DNA from: Paludibacteraceae bacterium
Lineage (GTDB): Bacteria; Bacillota_I; Bacilli_A; RFN20; CAG-826
DNA length: 64,000 nucleotides
NCBI GenBank assembly: GCA_963621535.1
Contig: CAVFEQ010000005.1
Coordinates: 3,800-67,799 of the forward strand
Direction: 5' to 3'
This document shows, piece after piece, positions 46,007 through 54,337 of the stretch; position 1 is the first letter of the stretch, and every line of letters begins with the position of its first letter. A program made the translations under genes and the position numbers. The notes beneath the pieces are model-generated. The model made no database searches. It was not told the DNA's origin and was given only the letters and a program-made list of their open reading frames with translations.

Positions 46007-46714
46007 ATGAAAAATTATTTTAACGGAAAGATGAAAGCCGTGACGTTCAGTTTCGACGACGGCGTTACGCAAGATAAAAGACTGATTGAAATTTTGAATA
46101 AATACGGTTTGAAAGCCACTTTTAACTTAAATTCCGCTCTTCTCGGCACGAACGGAGAAATAAGCGGAACCGACCATATCGTTCGCCACGACAAAAACCC
46201 CGCCGACAAGGTTGCGGAAATTTATAGCGGACACGAAGTCGCCGTACACACGCTCGTCCACCCCAACCTTACAGAACTCTCCGACGAAGGCGTAATATGG
46301 CAGGTAGAAGAGGACCGCAAACTGCTCGAATCCCTCGTCGGCTACGACGTGAGGTGCATGGCTTATCCGTGCGGCGGCGTGAACAACGACGACAGAGTTG
46401 CGGGCGTGATTAAAAACAACACGAAAATTAAGTTCGCGAGGACGATAACCTCGAGCGATTCGTTCGATATTCCCGATAATCTGCTTCGGTATAACCCGAC
46501 GGTTTATTACGTAGAGAAGGATAAACTTTTCAGCCTCGGCGAGAAATTTCTTAACCTGAAAGCGGACAAGCCGCAGGTGTTGTGCGTTTGGGGACATTCC
46601 TACGAAATGGACGCCGAATATATTTCATGGCGGGAATTCGAGGAATTCTGCAAAATGATTTCGGGCAAAGACGATATTTTTTACGGAACGAACGGACAGA
46701 TTTTTTTGAAGTGA
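46007..46714 (+). CDS. polysaccharide deacetylase (CE4 / NodB-homology family)
   Basis: 235 aa. The N-terminus KAVTFSFDDGVTQDKRLIEILNKYGLKATFNL contains the TFDDG-type motif 1. Later segments HEVAVHTLVHPN and MAYPCG fit the NodB motifs. Confidence 0.75.
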   Translation: MKNYFNGKMKAVTFSFDDGVTQDKRLIEILNKYGLKATFNLNSALLGTNGEISGTDHIVRHDKNPADKVAEIYSGHEVAVHTLVHPNLTELSDEGVIWQVEEDRKLLESLVGYDVRCMAYPCGGVNNDDRVAGVIKNNTKIKFARTITSSDSFDIPDNLLRYNPTVYYVEKDKLFSLGEKFLNLKADKPQVLCVWGHSYEMDAEYISWREFEEFCKMISGKDDIFYGTNGQIFLK

Positions 46715-46736
46715 ATAAACAGATAAACAAACAGAC

Positions 46737-46780
46737 AAGTGGGCGAGCTTTTCGCAAAAACGAAAGGCTCGCCCACTTTA
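46737..46780 (+). terminator. hairpin downstream of the deacetylase gene (terminator-like, weak T-tail)
   Basis: AAGTGGGCGAGC-(18 nt)-GCTCGCCCACTT. The 12-bp perfect stem is followed only by TA. Confidence 0.5.
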
Positions 46781-46865
46781 ACTGCACGCTATAAGCAACG
46801 TTTGCGACGATGAGTGAAATTTTCTGCGTCAGATCATCACTCGCATCAATCCTATTGTTGTTATA

Positions 46866-46942
46866 TGGCGCCCTGGGAGGGACTCGGACCCGCAACCGAC
46901 GGCTTCGAAGGCCGTTGCTCTATCCAGTTGAGCTACCAGGAC
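46866..46942 (-). tRNA. tRNA-Arg (anticodon TCG) with a non-canonical T-arm
   Basis: 77 nt. Acceptor GTCCTGG/CCAGGGC, D-arm GCTCAACTGGATAGAGC, anticodon loop CTTCGAA, encoded CCA. The T-loop reads TCCGAGT (C where U55 is expected) and the T-stem has a C-T mismatch. Confidence 0.7.
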
Positions 46943-46959
46943 GCTTTTCTATTCTACAA

Positions 46960-46992
46960 CAAGAAAACCCCTCCTGGCTAAGAAGGGGTTCT
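46960..46992 (-). terminator. intrinsic terminator after the feo/regulator unit
   Basis: On the minus strand: AACCCCT-(11 nt)-AGGGGTT followed by TTCTTGTTG. Confidence 0.5.
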
Positions 46993-47008
46993 CCTGGTTT
47001 TTGGAGAT

Positions 47009-47368
47009 TTATTGAACGGTGGCTAAACCGGTCAAATCATTCACTAAGGAGCGCGACCCTTGGGTAAGGGTCAAGTAGGATAGCTCCTTTATCCTCTCTT
47101 GACTTAGAGAAAGGGAGGAATAGGCGGAGGCGATGCCATCAAGAGCTTCTTTCAAGGAAGCGATGGTCTCCATTCCTTTGCCTAAGAGTTTCACTTCCCT
47201 GGCGCCGAAGCGCTTCACATAGCCCTTCTCCTCCAGCTCATCGATGAGCACGGAGACGCGGGACTTCGAGATTTTCATCTCTAGGCCCAGGGCTTTGTAG
47301 CGGAAGGTATCACCCTCTTTGCACCGATCGATGGATAAGAGGGTGCGAAGCAGGGATTCACTCGCCAT
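47009..47368 (-). CDS. winged-helix transcriptional regulator (MarR/DtxR-like), co-transcribed with feoB
   Basis: 119 aa. HTH-like segment ALGLEMKISKSRVSVLIDELEEKGYVKRF. It overlaps the upstream small ORF by 11 nt. Confidence 0.5.
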   Translation of the reverse strand: MASESLLRTLLSIDRCKEGDTFRYKALGLEMKISKSRVSVLIDELEEKGYVKRFGAREVKLLGKGMETIASLKEALDGIASAYSSLSLSQERIKELSYLTLTQGSRSLVNDLTGLATVQ

Positions 47369-47561
47369 GCTTGGCGGCCTTTCTTTGCATCCTCATCTGT
47401 TTCCGTTTCGCCTTGTGGTATTCCTCCACTAAGCGCGGCCCCTTCGCATCGTAGCAAGAGTTGATGGGCTCATGATGGGCCTTCTTGTAAAGGTAGAGGG
47501 CGAGCATGGAAAGAAGGTAGAGGGAAGTGAGGACGATGACGACGATTTCAATCCAGCTCAT
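47358..47561 (-). CDS. small single-pass membrane protein downstream of feoB
   Basis: 67 aa. N-terminal TM helix (WIEIVVIVLTSLYLLSMLALYLY) and a basic tail. Its position matches FeoB-associated small membrane proteins, but it lacks their Cys-rich motif. Confidence 0.45.
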   Translation of the reverse strand: MSWIEIVVIVLTSLYLLSMLALYLYKKAHHEPINSCYDAKGPRLVEEYHKAKRKQMRMQRKAAKHGE

Positions 47562-47566
47562 GACTC

Positions 47567-49858
47567 TTAAGCCTTAACAGGCTCCTCTTTTTTGGCTTTG
47601 TTCTTATCGTAGAAGTAGATGCCTACGAACATCGCGGCAAGGAGGGGGAGAGTGATCGCTAAGGTCCACGCCCAGCGGACGGTCACATAGGTAAGGCAGC
47701 CGACGATATAGGAAGCGCCAAGCCAGAACACCACGGTTCCGACGTAGTTCTTCCCTTTGCCAAGCTCGGATTTGGCAGTGGCCACGGAAGCGAAGCAAGG
47801 GATGGTCGTCATGTTGAAGGCGGCGAAGGCGCTTAAGGCCGCCGCGGTCTCAAGATTGCTCTTGCCCGCGAAGGCCACGGCGACGACGTCTTCGAAGGAG
47901 CCGCCGCTGATGACGCCAGCCATCGTCTCCATCGAGGAGGTGACGGCTTCTTTGGCGACGATGCCTTGGATCGAGGCAGCGGAGAACATCCAGCTGTATT
48001 GGATCTGTGAGCCAAAGCCCATCGGGGTGAAGATCGGGGCGATGAACATGCCGATGTTGGCAAGGATCGAATCCTCGACGGTGAGGTCTTTGTATTTGTC
48101 GATGAAGCGCCAGTCCCAGGTGAAGTTGGTGAAGAGCCAGACGACGATCGTGGAGACCAAGATGATGGTGAAGGCCTTCTTGATGAAGTGCTTGCCTTTG
48201 TCCCAGACGTGGATCAAAAGGGATTTGATCTGCGGGGCATGGTAAGCGGGGAGCTCCATGATGAAGGGAGGAACCTTTTCCCTTTGGGTCGTATGGTTCA
48301 TGATGATGACCGAGACGAAGGCGACGACCACGCCTAGAAGATAGATGAGGAAGGTGAATAGCCCTTTGTCGAAGCTCACGGCCGAAGCCACGCAAGCGGC
48401 GATGAGGACAAGGAATTCGGCTTTCGCCCCGCAGGTGAAGAAGGGAATGACGCGGATGGTCTTGACCCTTTCTTTGTCCGTGGCGAGGGTACGAGTGTTG
48501 ACCATGGCGGGGACGCCGCAGCCAAAGCCCATGATCATCGGAAGCATCGCGCGCCCGGAGATCCCGAAGCGGCGGAAGATGCGGTCGAGCACGAAGGCAA
48601 TACGCGCCATGTAGCCCGAATCTTCAAGAAGAGAGAAGAAGGCGAACAGAAGCAAGATCTGGGGGACGAAGCCCAAGACGGCCGAGACGCCGCCATAGAC
48701 GCCATCATAGATGAATCCAATGACCCATTCAGGGGCGTCCCAGACGATGAGCAGCTGCTTGATGCCAAGCCCGATGCAGCCTAGGATGCCGGTTTCATTA
48801 TCCCCAGCCAGGCAATGGAGGAATTCGCCGATGGAATTGATGCCATCCTCGCTCCAGAAGAGCCCGGCGAAGGGGTTGAATCCCTCGCCGTCCACCGTGA
48901 TGGTGATGAAGCCAGGATAGCCATCCCCGAAGCTCACCCCCATCGCGCCGAGATAGAAGAGATCGCCGGCGAAGGTGATGTGGAAGATAAGGAAGAGGAT
49001 CACGATCATGATGGGGATCGCGGCCCAGCGGTTGGTGAGGACTTTATCGATCTTGTCGGAGAAGGAGAGCTTCTCTTTCTCTTGTCTAGCCGCGCCTTGG
49101 ATCAGCTTATGGCAGATCGGGGTGAGGTATTGATAACGCTCATCGGCGATCTCGGCTTCGTAGTCCTTCTCGCCGTCTTTGCACAAAGCGGCGACTTTTT
49201 TGTATTCCTCAGCGTGTTCTTTCTCCTCGATTTCGTCCTTTTCAAGAGCTTTGGTGGCGTGGAACAAGGGAGAGGAAATCCCTGCAGTTTCATAAATCGA
49301 GACGGCTTTTGCGGTGATTTCATCACCCTTGAGGCAAGAGATGCCTTTCCGGGGAGAAGAAGCGGCTTTTTGCGCCAGTTTCATGAGGTCTTCTAGACCT
49401 TTCTCCCGCAAAGCGGAGATGCCAATCACCGGAATGCCAAGGGCTTTCTCTAAGCCCTCCAAATCGATGATTTGCCCCGCGTCTTTGACCGCGTCCATCA
49501 TGTTGACGGCGACGACCACAGGGACGTCCATCTCCATGATCTGGGTGGTCATGTAGAGGTTGCGCTCAAGGTTGGTGCCATCAAGGACGTTGATGACGAC
49601 GTCAGGCTTTTCGTTCAGGATGTAGTTCCTGGAGATGACTTCTTCAGGGGTATAGGGAGAGAGGCTATAAATGCCAGGGAGGTCGACGACCTCGATGCCT
49701 TCCTCTTTCTTTTTCTTCCCTTTGAAATAGAAGGTCCCGCTTCTTTTCTCGACGGTGACCCCCGGCCAGTTGCCCACATAGGCAGTAGAGCCAGTAAGCG
49801 AGTTGAAGAGGGTGGTTTTCCCGCAGTTGGGGTTACCGGCTAATGCAACGCGAATCAT
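47567..49858 (-). CDS. feoB: ferrous iron transporter FeoB
   Basis: 763 aa. N-terminal G-domain (MIRVALAGNPNCGKTTLFNSLTG, DLPGIYSL) is followed by a polytopic membrane domain. Confidence 0.95.
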   Translation of the reverse strand: MIRVALAGNPNCGKTTLFNSLTGSTAYVGNWPGVTVEKRSGTFYFKGKKKKEEGIEVVDLPGIYSLSPYTPEEVISRNYILNEKPDVVINVLDGTNLERNLYMTTQIMEMDVPVVVAVNMMDAVKDAGQIIDLEGLEKALGIPVIGISALREKGLEDLMKLAQKAASSPRKGISCLKGDEITAKAVSIYETAGISSPLFHATKALEKDEIEEKEHAEEYKKVAALCKDGEKDYEAEIADERYQYLTPICHKLIQGAARQEKEKLSFSDKIDKVLTNRWAAIPIMIVILFLIFHITFAGDLFYLGAMGVSFGDGYPGFITITVDGEGFNPFAGLFWSEDGINSIGEFLHCLAGDNETGILGCIGLGIKQLLIVWDAPEWVIGFIYDGVYGGVSAVLGFVPQILLLFAFFSLLEDSGYMARIAFVLDRIFRRFGISGRAMLPMIMGFGCGVPAMVNTRTLATDKERVKTIRVIPFFTCGAKAEFLVLIAACVASAVSFDKGLFTFLIYLLGVVVAFVSVIIMNHTTQREKVPPFIMELPAYHAPQIKSLLIHVWDKGKHFIKKAFTIILVSTIVVWLFTNFTWDWRFIDKYKDLTVEDSILANIGMFIAPIFTPMGFGSQIQYSWMFSAASIQGIVAKEAVTSSMETMAGVISGGSFEDVVAVAFAGKSNLETAAALSAFAAFNMTTIPCFASVATAKSELGKGKNYVGTVVFWLGASYIVGCLTYVTVRWAWTLAITLPLLAAMFVGIYFYDKNKAKKEEPVKA

Positions 49859-50094
49859 TGTTCCCCTCCTTCTTCGATTTCCACTTCGACGAAGCTCGCT
49901 TCGCTTTGGCGCAAAGTGAGCTCATAGCCGCGCAAGGTCACCTCTAACGGGTCGCCAAGCGGAGCTTTCTTGCGCAGGTAGATCTCGGCGCCTGGGGTGA
50001 TCCCCATGTCGAAGATGCGCCTGCGGATCTTGCCTTCCCCGGTGATCTTCCTGACGAGGCAAGAAGAGCCGATGGGCAGTTCATTGAGAGTCAT
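49855..50094 (-). CDS. feoA: FeoA-family protein
   Basis: 79 aa. SH3-like FeoA pattern (LNELPIGSSCLVRKITGEG...RRRIFDMGITPGAEI). Its stop overlaps the feoB start. Confidence 0.85.
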   Translation of the reverse strand: MTLNELPIGSSCLVRKITGEGKIRRRIFDMGITPGAEIYLRKKAPLGDPLEVTLRGYELTLRQSEASFVEVEIEEGGEQ

Positions 50095-50112
50095 AACGCT
50101 CTTTCCTTTCCT

Positions 50113-50331
50113 TTAGGCCACCGATACCATGATCGACATCGAGACCTTATGATCAAGACCCAGGCGGGTCCCTTTCACGGAGACGATGGCGGCGCCGTTA
50201 GCTTCATCAACCAGACGGATTGTGCCCCCTTCCACGATTCCTAAAGACGCAAGGTGCTTGTTCACCTTGGTCTCCCCGTGGACGGAGACGATCTTCAAGT
50301 CCTGATCTTTTGGCGCGAATAGCAATGGCAT
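50113..50331 (-). CDS. feoA: FeoA-family protein (second copy)
   Basis: 72 aa from the ATG at 50331 (MPLLFAPKDQDLKIVSVHGETKVNKHLASLGIVEGGTIRLV...). The longer track ORF uses an upstream start with no SD. Confidence 0.75.
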   Translation of the reverse strand: MPLLFAPKDQDLKIVSVHGETKVNKHLASLGIVEGGTIRLVDEANGAAIVSVKGTRLGLDHKVSMSIMVSVA

Positions 50332-50656
50332 AACAAATGGTCCTTGGTTGTAAACCGGACTTAAGTTTATAAATATTAACAATCATGTCAATAGGAAGTT
50401 AATACTTTTTAACATTTCGTTCTTTCTCTTCTACGCAGCAAATAGCTCTTGGGTCGGGCAGATGCTTTTTGAAGTCATGGCAATAGCCAAGAGGTCGATG
50501 AATCACGCTCAAAAAAAGGGACGTGTGGCTACAAGGAAGGGAAAGATTCTCATCTTCCCCATTCTTGCTATAGATCCTCCCCGTCACTTGACTCCTTAAG
50601 GCAAAATTCAATGAAGAAATGTTGGCCTCTCGCGCCACCTTTGCTACTATTTCGAT

Positions 50657-51070
50657 ATGGAAACGCGCCTGCAGCTAGCTTATGAAAACCAAAATAGGGA
50701 CCTCGCCCTTAAAATTGGAAGAATCCTGGGCGAGAACGGATTCGAGGTCGAGCTCGTCCAAAAAGACATCGATCCCCAGAAGGTCACCCTTATCCTTATT
50801 AATATATATAGCAAAGAAGAAACTCTTTTTTCCTCTCTGCCTTGGCTAAAAGAGCAGTTCCTCTACTCCTCCTTAAAAGGTTTCCGCCTTTTCCCGGTCC
50901 TTGCCTATTCCCCATCCAAAGAAGACCCGGAAGCTCTCTTCGACGGCGAGCTTGGCCAAGTGTATGAAGATGTCTTCTCCGGCGAGTTCAAGCCCTTTGG
51001 CTGGAACGAGGAAAACGATACTTTGGATCCGGAGTTCAAGCGGATTCTCGAAGAATCCTATTCGGAATAA
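50657..51070 (+). CDS. hypothetical cytoplasmic protein (137 aa)
   Basis: Isolated plus-strand ORF between minus-strand operons. The beta-alpha-beta start (LQLAYENQNRDLALKIGRILGENGFEVELV) is vaguely flavodoxin/TIR-like. No firm motif. Confidence 0.5.
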   Translation: METRLQLAYENQNRDLALKIGRILGENGFEVELVQKDIDPQKVTLILINIYSKEETLFSSLPWLKEQFLYSSLKGFRLFPVLAYSPSKEDPEALFDGELGQVYEDVFSGEFKPFGWNEENDTLDPEFKRILEESYSE

Positions 51071-51077
51071 GACTATC

Positions 51078-51110
51078 AATTAAAGCAAGGGCGAAGTCGC
51101 CTTCCTTGCC
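51078..51110. terminator. hairpin between convergent genes
   Basis: GCAAGG-(13 nt, itself containing GGCGA/TCGCC)-CCTTGC. A T-rich tail is present on the minus-strand side only. Confidence 0.35.
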
Positions 51111-51114
51111 TAAA

Positions 51115-51648
51115 TCAGAATCCGTAGGTTTCCTTTTGACGCTCAATCACCTTGGTTGAGCGGATTTTTCTTACCAGCATTCCAATCAATACCCCCGTAA
51201 CCAAAGAGATCGGCATCAAGAAGCAGTAATAATAGAAGACGCCGATGCTAGAAAGGAATAAGGCTCCCACCGCAACCTGGGCGAAACTATGGAGGAGGCT
51301 GCCAAGAGTAGACACCCCAACTTCGGTGAAAATATGGAACTTATAAAGGCTGGCCATCGCCAAAAAGGAAACGGCAGCGCCCGCTAAAGACATATAGAAG
51401 CCCATTTGGAGGAAGCTGCCCCGCAACAAATTCACCAGCAGCACCTTCGCTAAATCAAGGAACAACGCCTCAAAGAAGCCCAGCTCATAAAGGCAAAGAA
51501 GGATAATGAGATTAGCTAAGCCAAGCCTAATCCCGCCCACAGGGCCTAGGGGAGGCAAAAAGCTTTCGGCCACCCCTATCGCCACGGCTAGAGCAAGCAG
51601 AATCGCTAGCAGGGTCATCTTATGGACGTTGAATCGCTTCTTCTTCAT
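51115..51648 (-). CDS. Gx transporter family membrane protein (heptaprenyl-diphosphate-synthase component I-like)
   Basis: 177 aa with about five TM helices. It starts MTLLAILLALAVAIGVAESFLPP...IRLGLANLIILLCLY. This is the usual partner of NusG-domain-II and ApbE genes. Confidence 0.6.
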   Translation of the reverse strand: MKKKRFNVHKMTLLAILLALAVAIGVAESFLPPLGPVGGIRLGLANLIILLCLYELGFFEALFLDLAKVLLVNLLRGSFLQMGFYMSLAGAAVSFLAMASLYKFHIFTEVGVSTLGSLLHSFAQVAVGALFLSSIGVFYYYCFLMPISLVTGVLIGMLVRKIRSTKVIERQKETYGF

Positions 51649-52043
51649 AAGATGAAATCCGCCTCCGTGCTTCCTAGAATCGAGATCACGATATGGTTAT
51701 AGGCGCAGACTAAAGGCCTGCCCGCTTCGCTTATCCATCCCTGATGGACGCAATATTGCGAGGGGCAGGAGCTAGAAAGGACGCAAATCGCGTCTTTTTT
51801 CACTCCGATGGTCATTTCGCTTCGATATCCTTGGATCACGATTTCCGTAGTCTCTTCGCCATATTTAGACAAATCCAGCAAGCCGTTTTGCTTTAACCTT
51901 TCCCCATCTAAAGCGATCTCGGCTTGGTGAGAGGAGCCTCCTCTAGGCAAGGCAGCATAAAGAGCTAGCCCGGTGGCAAGGCAAGCGGAGACGCCGATCA
52001 AAATAACGTCCCCTAGATGACTCTTCCAAAAGCCTTTCTTCAT
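51645..52043 (-). CDS. NusG domain II-containing membrane-anchored protein
   Basis: 132 aa. N-terminal TM helix and C-terminal CPSQYCVHQGWISEAGRPLVCAYNHIVISI pattern. ATGA overlaps on both sides. Confidence 0.6.
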   Translation of the reverse strand: MKKGFWKSHLGDVILIGVSACLATGLALYAALPRGGSSHQAEIALDGERLKQNGLLDLSKYGEETTEIVIQGYRSEMTIGVKKDAICVLSSSCPSQYCVHQGWISEAGRPLVCAYNHIVISILGSTEADFIL

Positions 52044-53047
52044 GACTCCACTAGCCCAATGTCATCGCGCAGCACTACCCCGTCTTTGTAATAGACGGCC
52101 TTAATGTCATATTCCTTTTCCAAGGCGAGCCTCTCTTCTTCGCTCATCCACATCAAAGCGGTTGAAAAAGCATCGAGCAAAGAGGCATCTTCCCCTAAAA
52201 GAGTGACCCCGGTGATCGAGGGAGAGGCTTCGCCAGTGAACGGGTTGACGATATGGGAATACATCCTTCCCTCGATTTCCTCTCCCTGAACGGTGAGGGA
52301 GCTTGTCGAGAGGCAAACATTCTTCACTTTCATCTTCTTATTGGGGAGATCGTCTTTCCAGGCGATCGAGAAATAGCCCTCGTTCTGCTCGGCTTCGCCA
52401 AGCACCATCGTGGAGTTGCCCCCGTTGATGTAATAGTTCTTCCACTCGAAGGATTCGGCTTTCTCTTTGGCTTTCCTAGCCGCGTAGCCTTTGGCGATCC
52501 CCCCTAAATCAAGAGAGGCTCTCCCTAGGGAAGAATCTTTCGTCTCAAGGAAGGCCGTATACGTCTCATCCTTCTTTTCGAGTTTCAACGAGGTGTTCGC
52601 GATTTTGTTGACCTCAGTTTGAATGTCTTCTTCATCAGGCAAATAGGCGCTTTGCCCTTCTTTTTCAGGATGGAGGCAGCTCTTCCAAAGCTCATCTAGC
52701 CCCAAACAAAGGGGATTGAAATAGCCCTTCGTGGCTTCTTGCATTTCCAAAGCAAAAGAAAGCAGCTCATAAAGCTCTTCCCCTATCTCCACGGGGGAAG
52801 AGGAGCGATTGATGTCATAGATCCCGGTGACTTGGTAATGATGCATCGTCGCATCGCTATAGAGCTCGACTTCCTCGAAAGAAGAAAGCACTTCGTCTAA
52901 CTCGGACTCATCTTTTGTCTTCGCTAGGCAGGCGATGCTGGTGTTCATGGCGAAAGTGACTTTCTGGTAGCTAGTCTCACTCGCGCAGGAAAGCAAAAAA
53001 GAAGGGAGAAGCAAGAGGATTCCTTTCTTCGCATAGGCCTTTTTCAT
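52040..53047 (-). CDS. apbE: FAD:protein FMN transferase (flavin transferase ApbE), lipoprotein
   Basis: 335 aa. Lipobox MKKAYAKKGILLLLPSFLLSC. ApbE signature LDLGGIAKGYAA. Confidence 0.85.
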   Translation of the reverse strand: MKKAYAKKGILLLLPSFLLSCASETSYQKVTFAMNTSIACLAKTKDESELDEVLSSFEEVELYSDATMHHYQVTGIYDINRSSSPVEIGEELYELLSFALEMQEATKGYFNPLCLGLDELWKSCLHPEKEGQSAYLPDEEDIQTEVNKIANTSLKLEKKDETYTAFLETKDSSLGRASLDLGGIAKGYAARKAKEKAESFEWKNYYINGGNSTMVLGEAEQNEGYFSIAWKDDLPNKKMKVKNVCLSTSSLTVQGEEIEGRMYSHIVNPFTGEASPSITGVTLLGEDASLLDAFSTALMWMSEEERLALEKEYDIKAVYYKDGVVLRDDIGLVES

Positions 53048-53147
53048 CGCGCCTATTATCGCACTAGAAACCCCGTAGGTCTAAAGAAAGATATCAAGAG
53101 AAAAAACCCGCAAAACCAAAGGATAATCATAAAAAAGCCCGCAGAAA

Positions 53148-53181
53148 CCCCATAAAAGAAAAGAGGCCCCGAAGGGCCTCT
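53148..53181 (-). terminator. intrinsic terminator at the end of the rnf operon
   Basis: On the minus strand: AGAGGCCC-ttcg-GGGCCTCT followed by TTTCTTTTAT. Confidence 0.85.
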
Positions 53182-53183
53182 AC

Positions 53184-53531
53184 TCATAAAGTCGGCACGT
53201 GCTTAGTTCCATCCGCATCCGGATGGGCTTCCATGTAGGCGATGATCGGCTGGAAGTTCTTATCCGTCTTGCCCACTTTGCACAGGGTCACTTTCTTCGC
53301 CTGCCCAGAGACAAGGGCCTCAGCCATATCGTGGCAGCCGGCGTATCCGCAGGCGCCGCAGTTGGCGTTAGGGAGCATCTTCTCGACCTCGGCGATGCGG
53401 TTATCTTCCTCGACGTGGAGGAATTTCTCCGCTAAAGCAAGCGCCACGCCAAACAGCAGGCCCAGCCCGCCAAGAATCAAGATCCCCCAAAGGATCGTCA
53501 GGGGGTTAACTTCAGTCAGGATTGCGTTCAT
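53184..53531 (-). CDS. rnfB: minimal RnfB-like subunit (TM helix plus one Cys-cluster domain, no ferredoxin-type domains)
   Basis: 115 aa with a GGAG SD. N-terminal TM helix (LTILWGILILGGLGLLFGVALALA) then NCGACGYAGCHDMAEALVSG...LC, the N-terminal Fe-S domain of RnfB. There is no CxxCxxCxxxCP motif. Confidence 0.7.
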   Translation of the reverse strand: MNAILTEVNPLTILWGILILGGLGLLFGVALALAEKFLHVEEDNRIAEVEKMLPNANCGACGYAGCHDMAEALVSGQAKKVTLCKVGKTDKNFQPIIAYMEAHPDADGTKHVPTL

Positions 53532-53754
53532 TGGAATTCTCCTTTTCTTCTTTTTCCTTCTTCAAATCGCCTTTTGCCTCATATAGCTGGAACTCGCAGC
53601 GCGAGTTCGGGCAAGAGGAGCAAAGCTCGCTTGGCTTTTTCTCGCACCCTTTGGGCACAGGGGTCTTCACGTAGAGCAGGAAGCTGCCCACGAAGATCGC
53701 CACAAGCAGGAGCAAGACGGCAACGGCGATGATGATCCAAGCGTATTGAGGCAT
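53512..53754 (-). CDS. small membrane protein with a Cx7Cx2Cx4C motif, encoded between rnfA and rnfB
   Basis: 80 aa. Its ATG shares a base with the rnfA stop (TGATG). TM helix AWIIIAVAVLLLLVAIFVGSFLLYV, then GCEKKPSELCSSCPNSRC, then a Lys/Glu-rich tail. The ORF fills the otherwise unexplained 222-nt rnfA-rnfB gap. Confidence 0.55.
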   Translation of the reverse strand: MPQYAWIIIAVAVLLLLVAIFVGSFLLYVKTPVPKGCEKKPSELCSSCPNSRCEFQLYEAKGDLKKEKEEKENSNERNPD

Positions 53755-54335
53755 CAAACCATCCCGCCAAGGCCAGAGAAGGCCATAGCCAGCAAGGCCG
53801 CGGTGATGAGGGCGATCGGCAGGCCTTTGAAGGCCTTGGGCACATCATGGTCCTCAATGCGGAGACGAATCGCCGAGAAGAGGACGATGACGAAGAGGAA
53901 GCCTAAGCTCGTCCCGATGGCATTAGCCATAGACATCCCGAAGTCGAGGCCCTGCGAGGCATTTTCCTCCACTACGCCAAGCACCGCGCAGTTGGTGGTG
54001 ATCAGCGGCAGGTAGATGCCTAAAGCCTTATAGAGGGAGGGGCTGTACTTCTTGATGAAGAAGCCGATGAGCTGCACCAAAGAAGCGATGACGAGGATGA
54101 AGACGATGGTCCTTAAGAAGGTGAGCCCCGCTGCTTCTAGTAGCATGTACAGGGGATAGCAGATAAGGGCGCTGATGACGATGACGAAGGTGACGGCAAG
54201 ACCCATCGAAAAGGCGTTCTTGAGTTTGTTGGAGACGCCGACGAAAGAGCAGATGCCATAGAAGCGGGAGAGAACGACGTTCTCGATGAGCATTGAGGAA
54301 ACGATCGCGAGCAAGAAGGAAACGAGGTATTGCAT
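53754..54335 (-). CDS. rnfA: Rnf electron transport complex subunit A
   Basis: 193 aa, polytopic. ENVVLSRFYGICSFVGVSNKLKNAFSMGLAVTFV is the RnfA signature region. Confidence 0.9.
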   Translation of the reverse strand: MQYLVSFLLAIVSSMLIENVVLSRFYGICSFVGVSNKLKNAFSMGLAVTFVIVISALICYPLYMLLEAAGLTFLRTIVFILVIASLVQLIGFFIKKYSPSLYKALGIYLPLITTNCAVLGVVEENASQGLDFGMSMANAIGTSLGFLFVIVLFSAIRLRIEDHDVPKAFKGLPIALITAALLAMAFSGLGGMV

Positions 54336-54337
54336 AT

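Noticed and set aside
50383-50410. Fur-box-like sequence (ATTAACAATCATGTCAAT) upstream of feoA.
   Set aside because: Only about 9 of 16 positions match the classical GATAATGATAATCATTATC consensus in the best register. That is too weak to call without a genome-wide motif model.
50399-50638. 79-aa minus-strand ORF in the feoA upstream region.
   Set aside because: It has no SD and no recognisable features. It occupies what should be the divergent promoter region, so it is probably non-coding.
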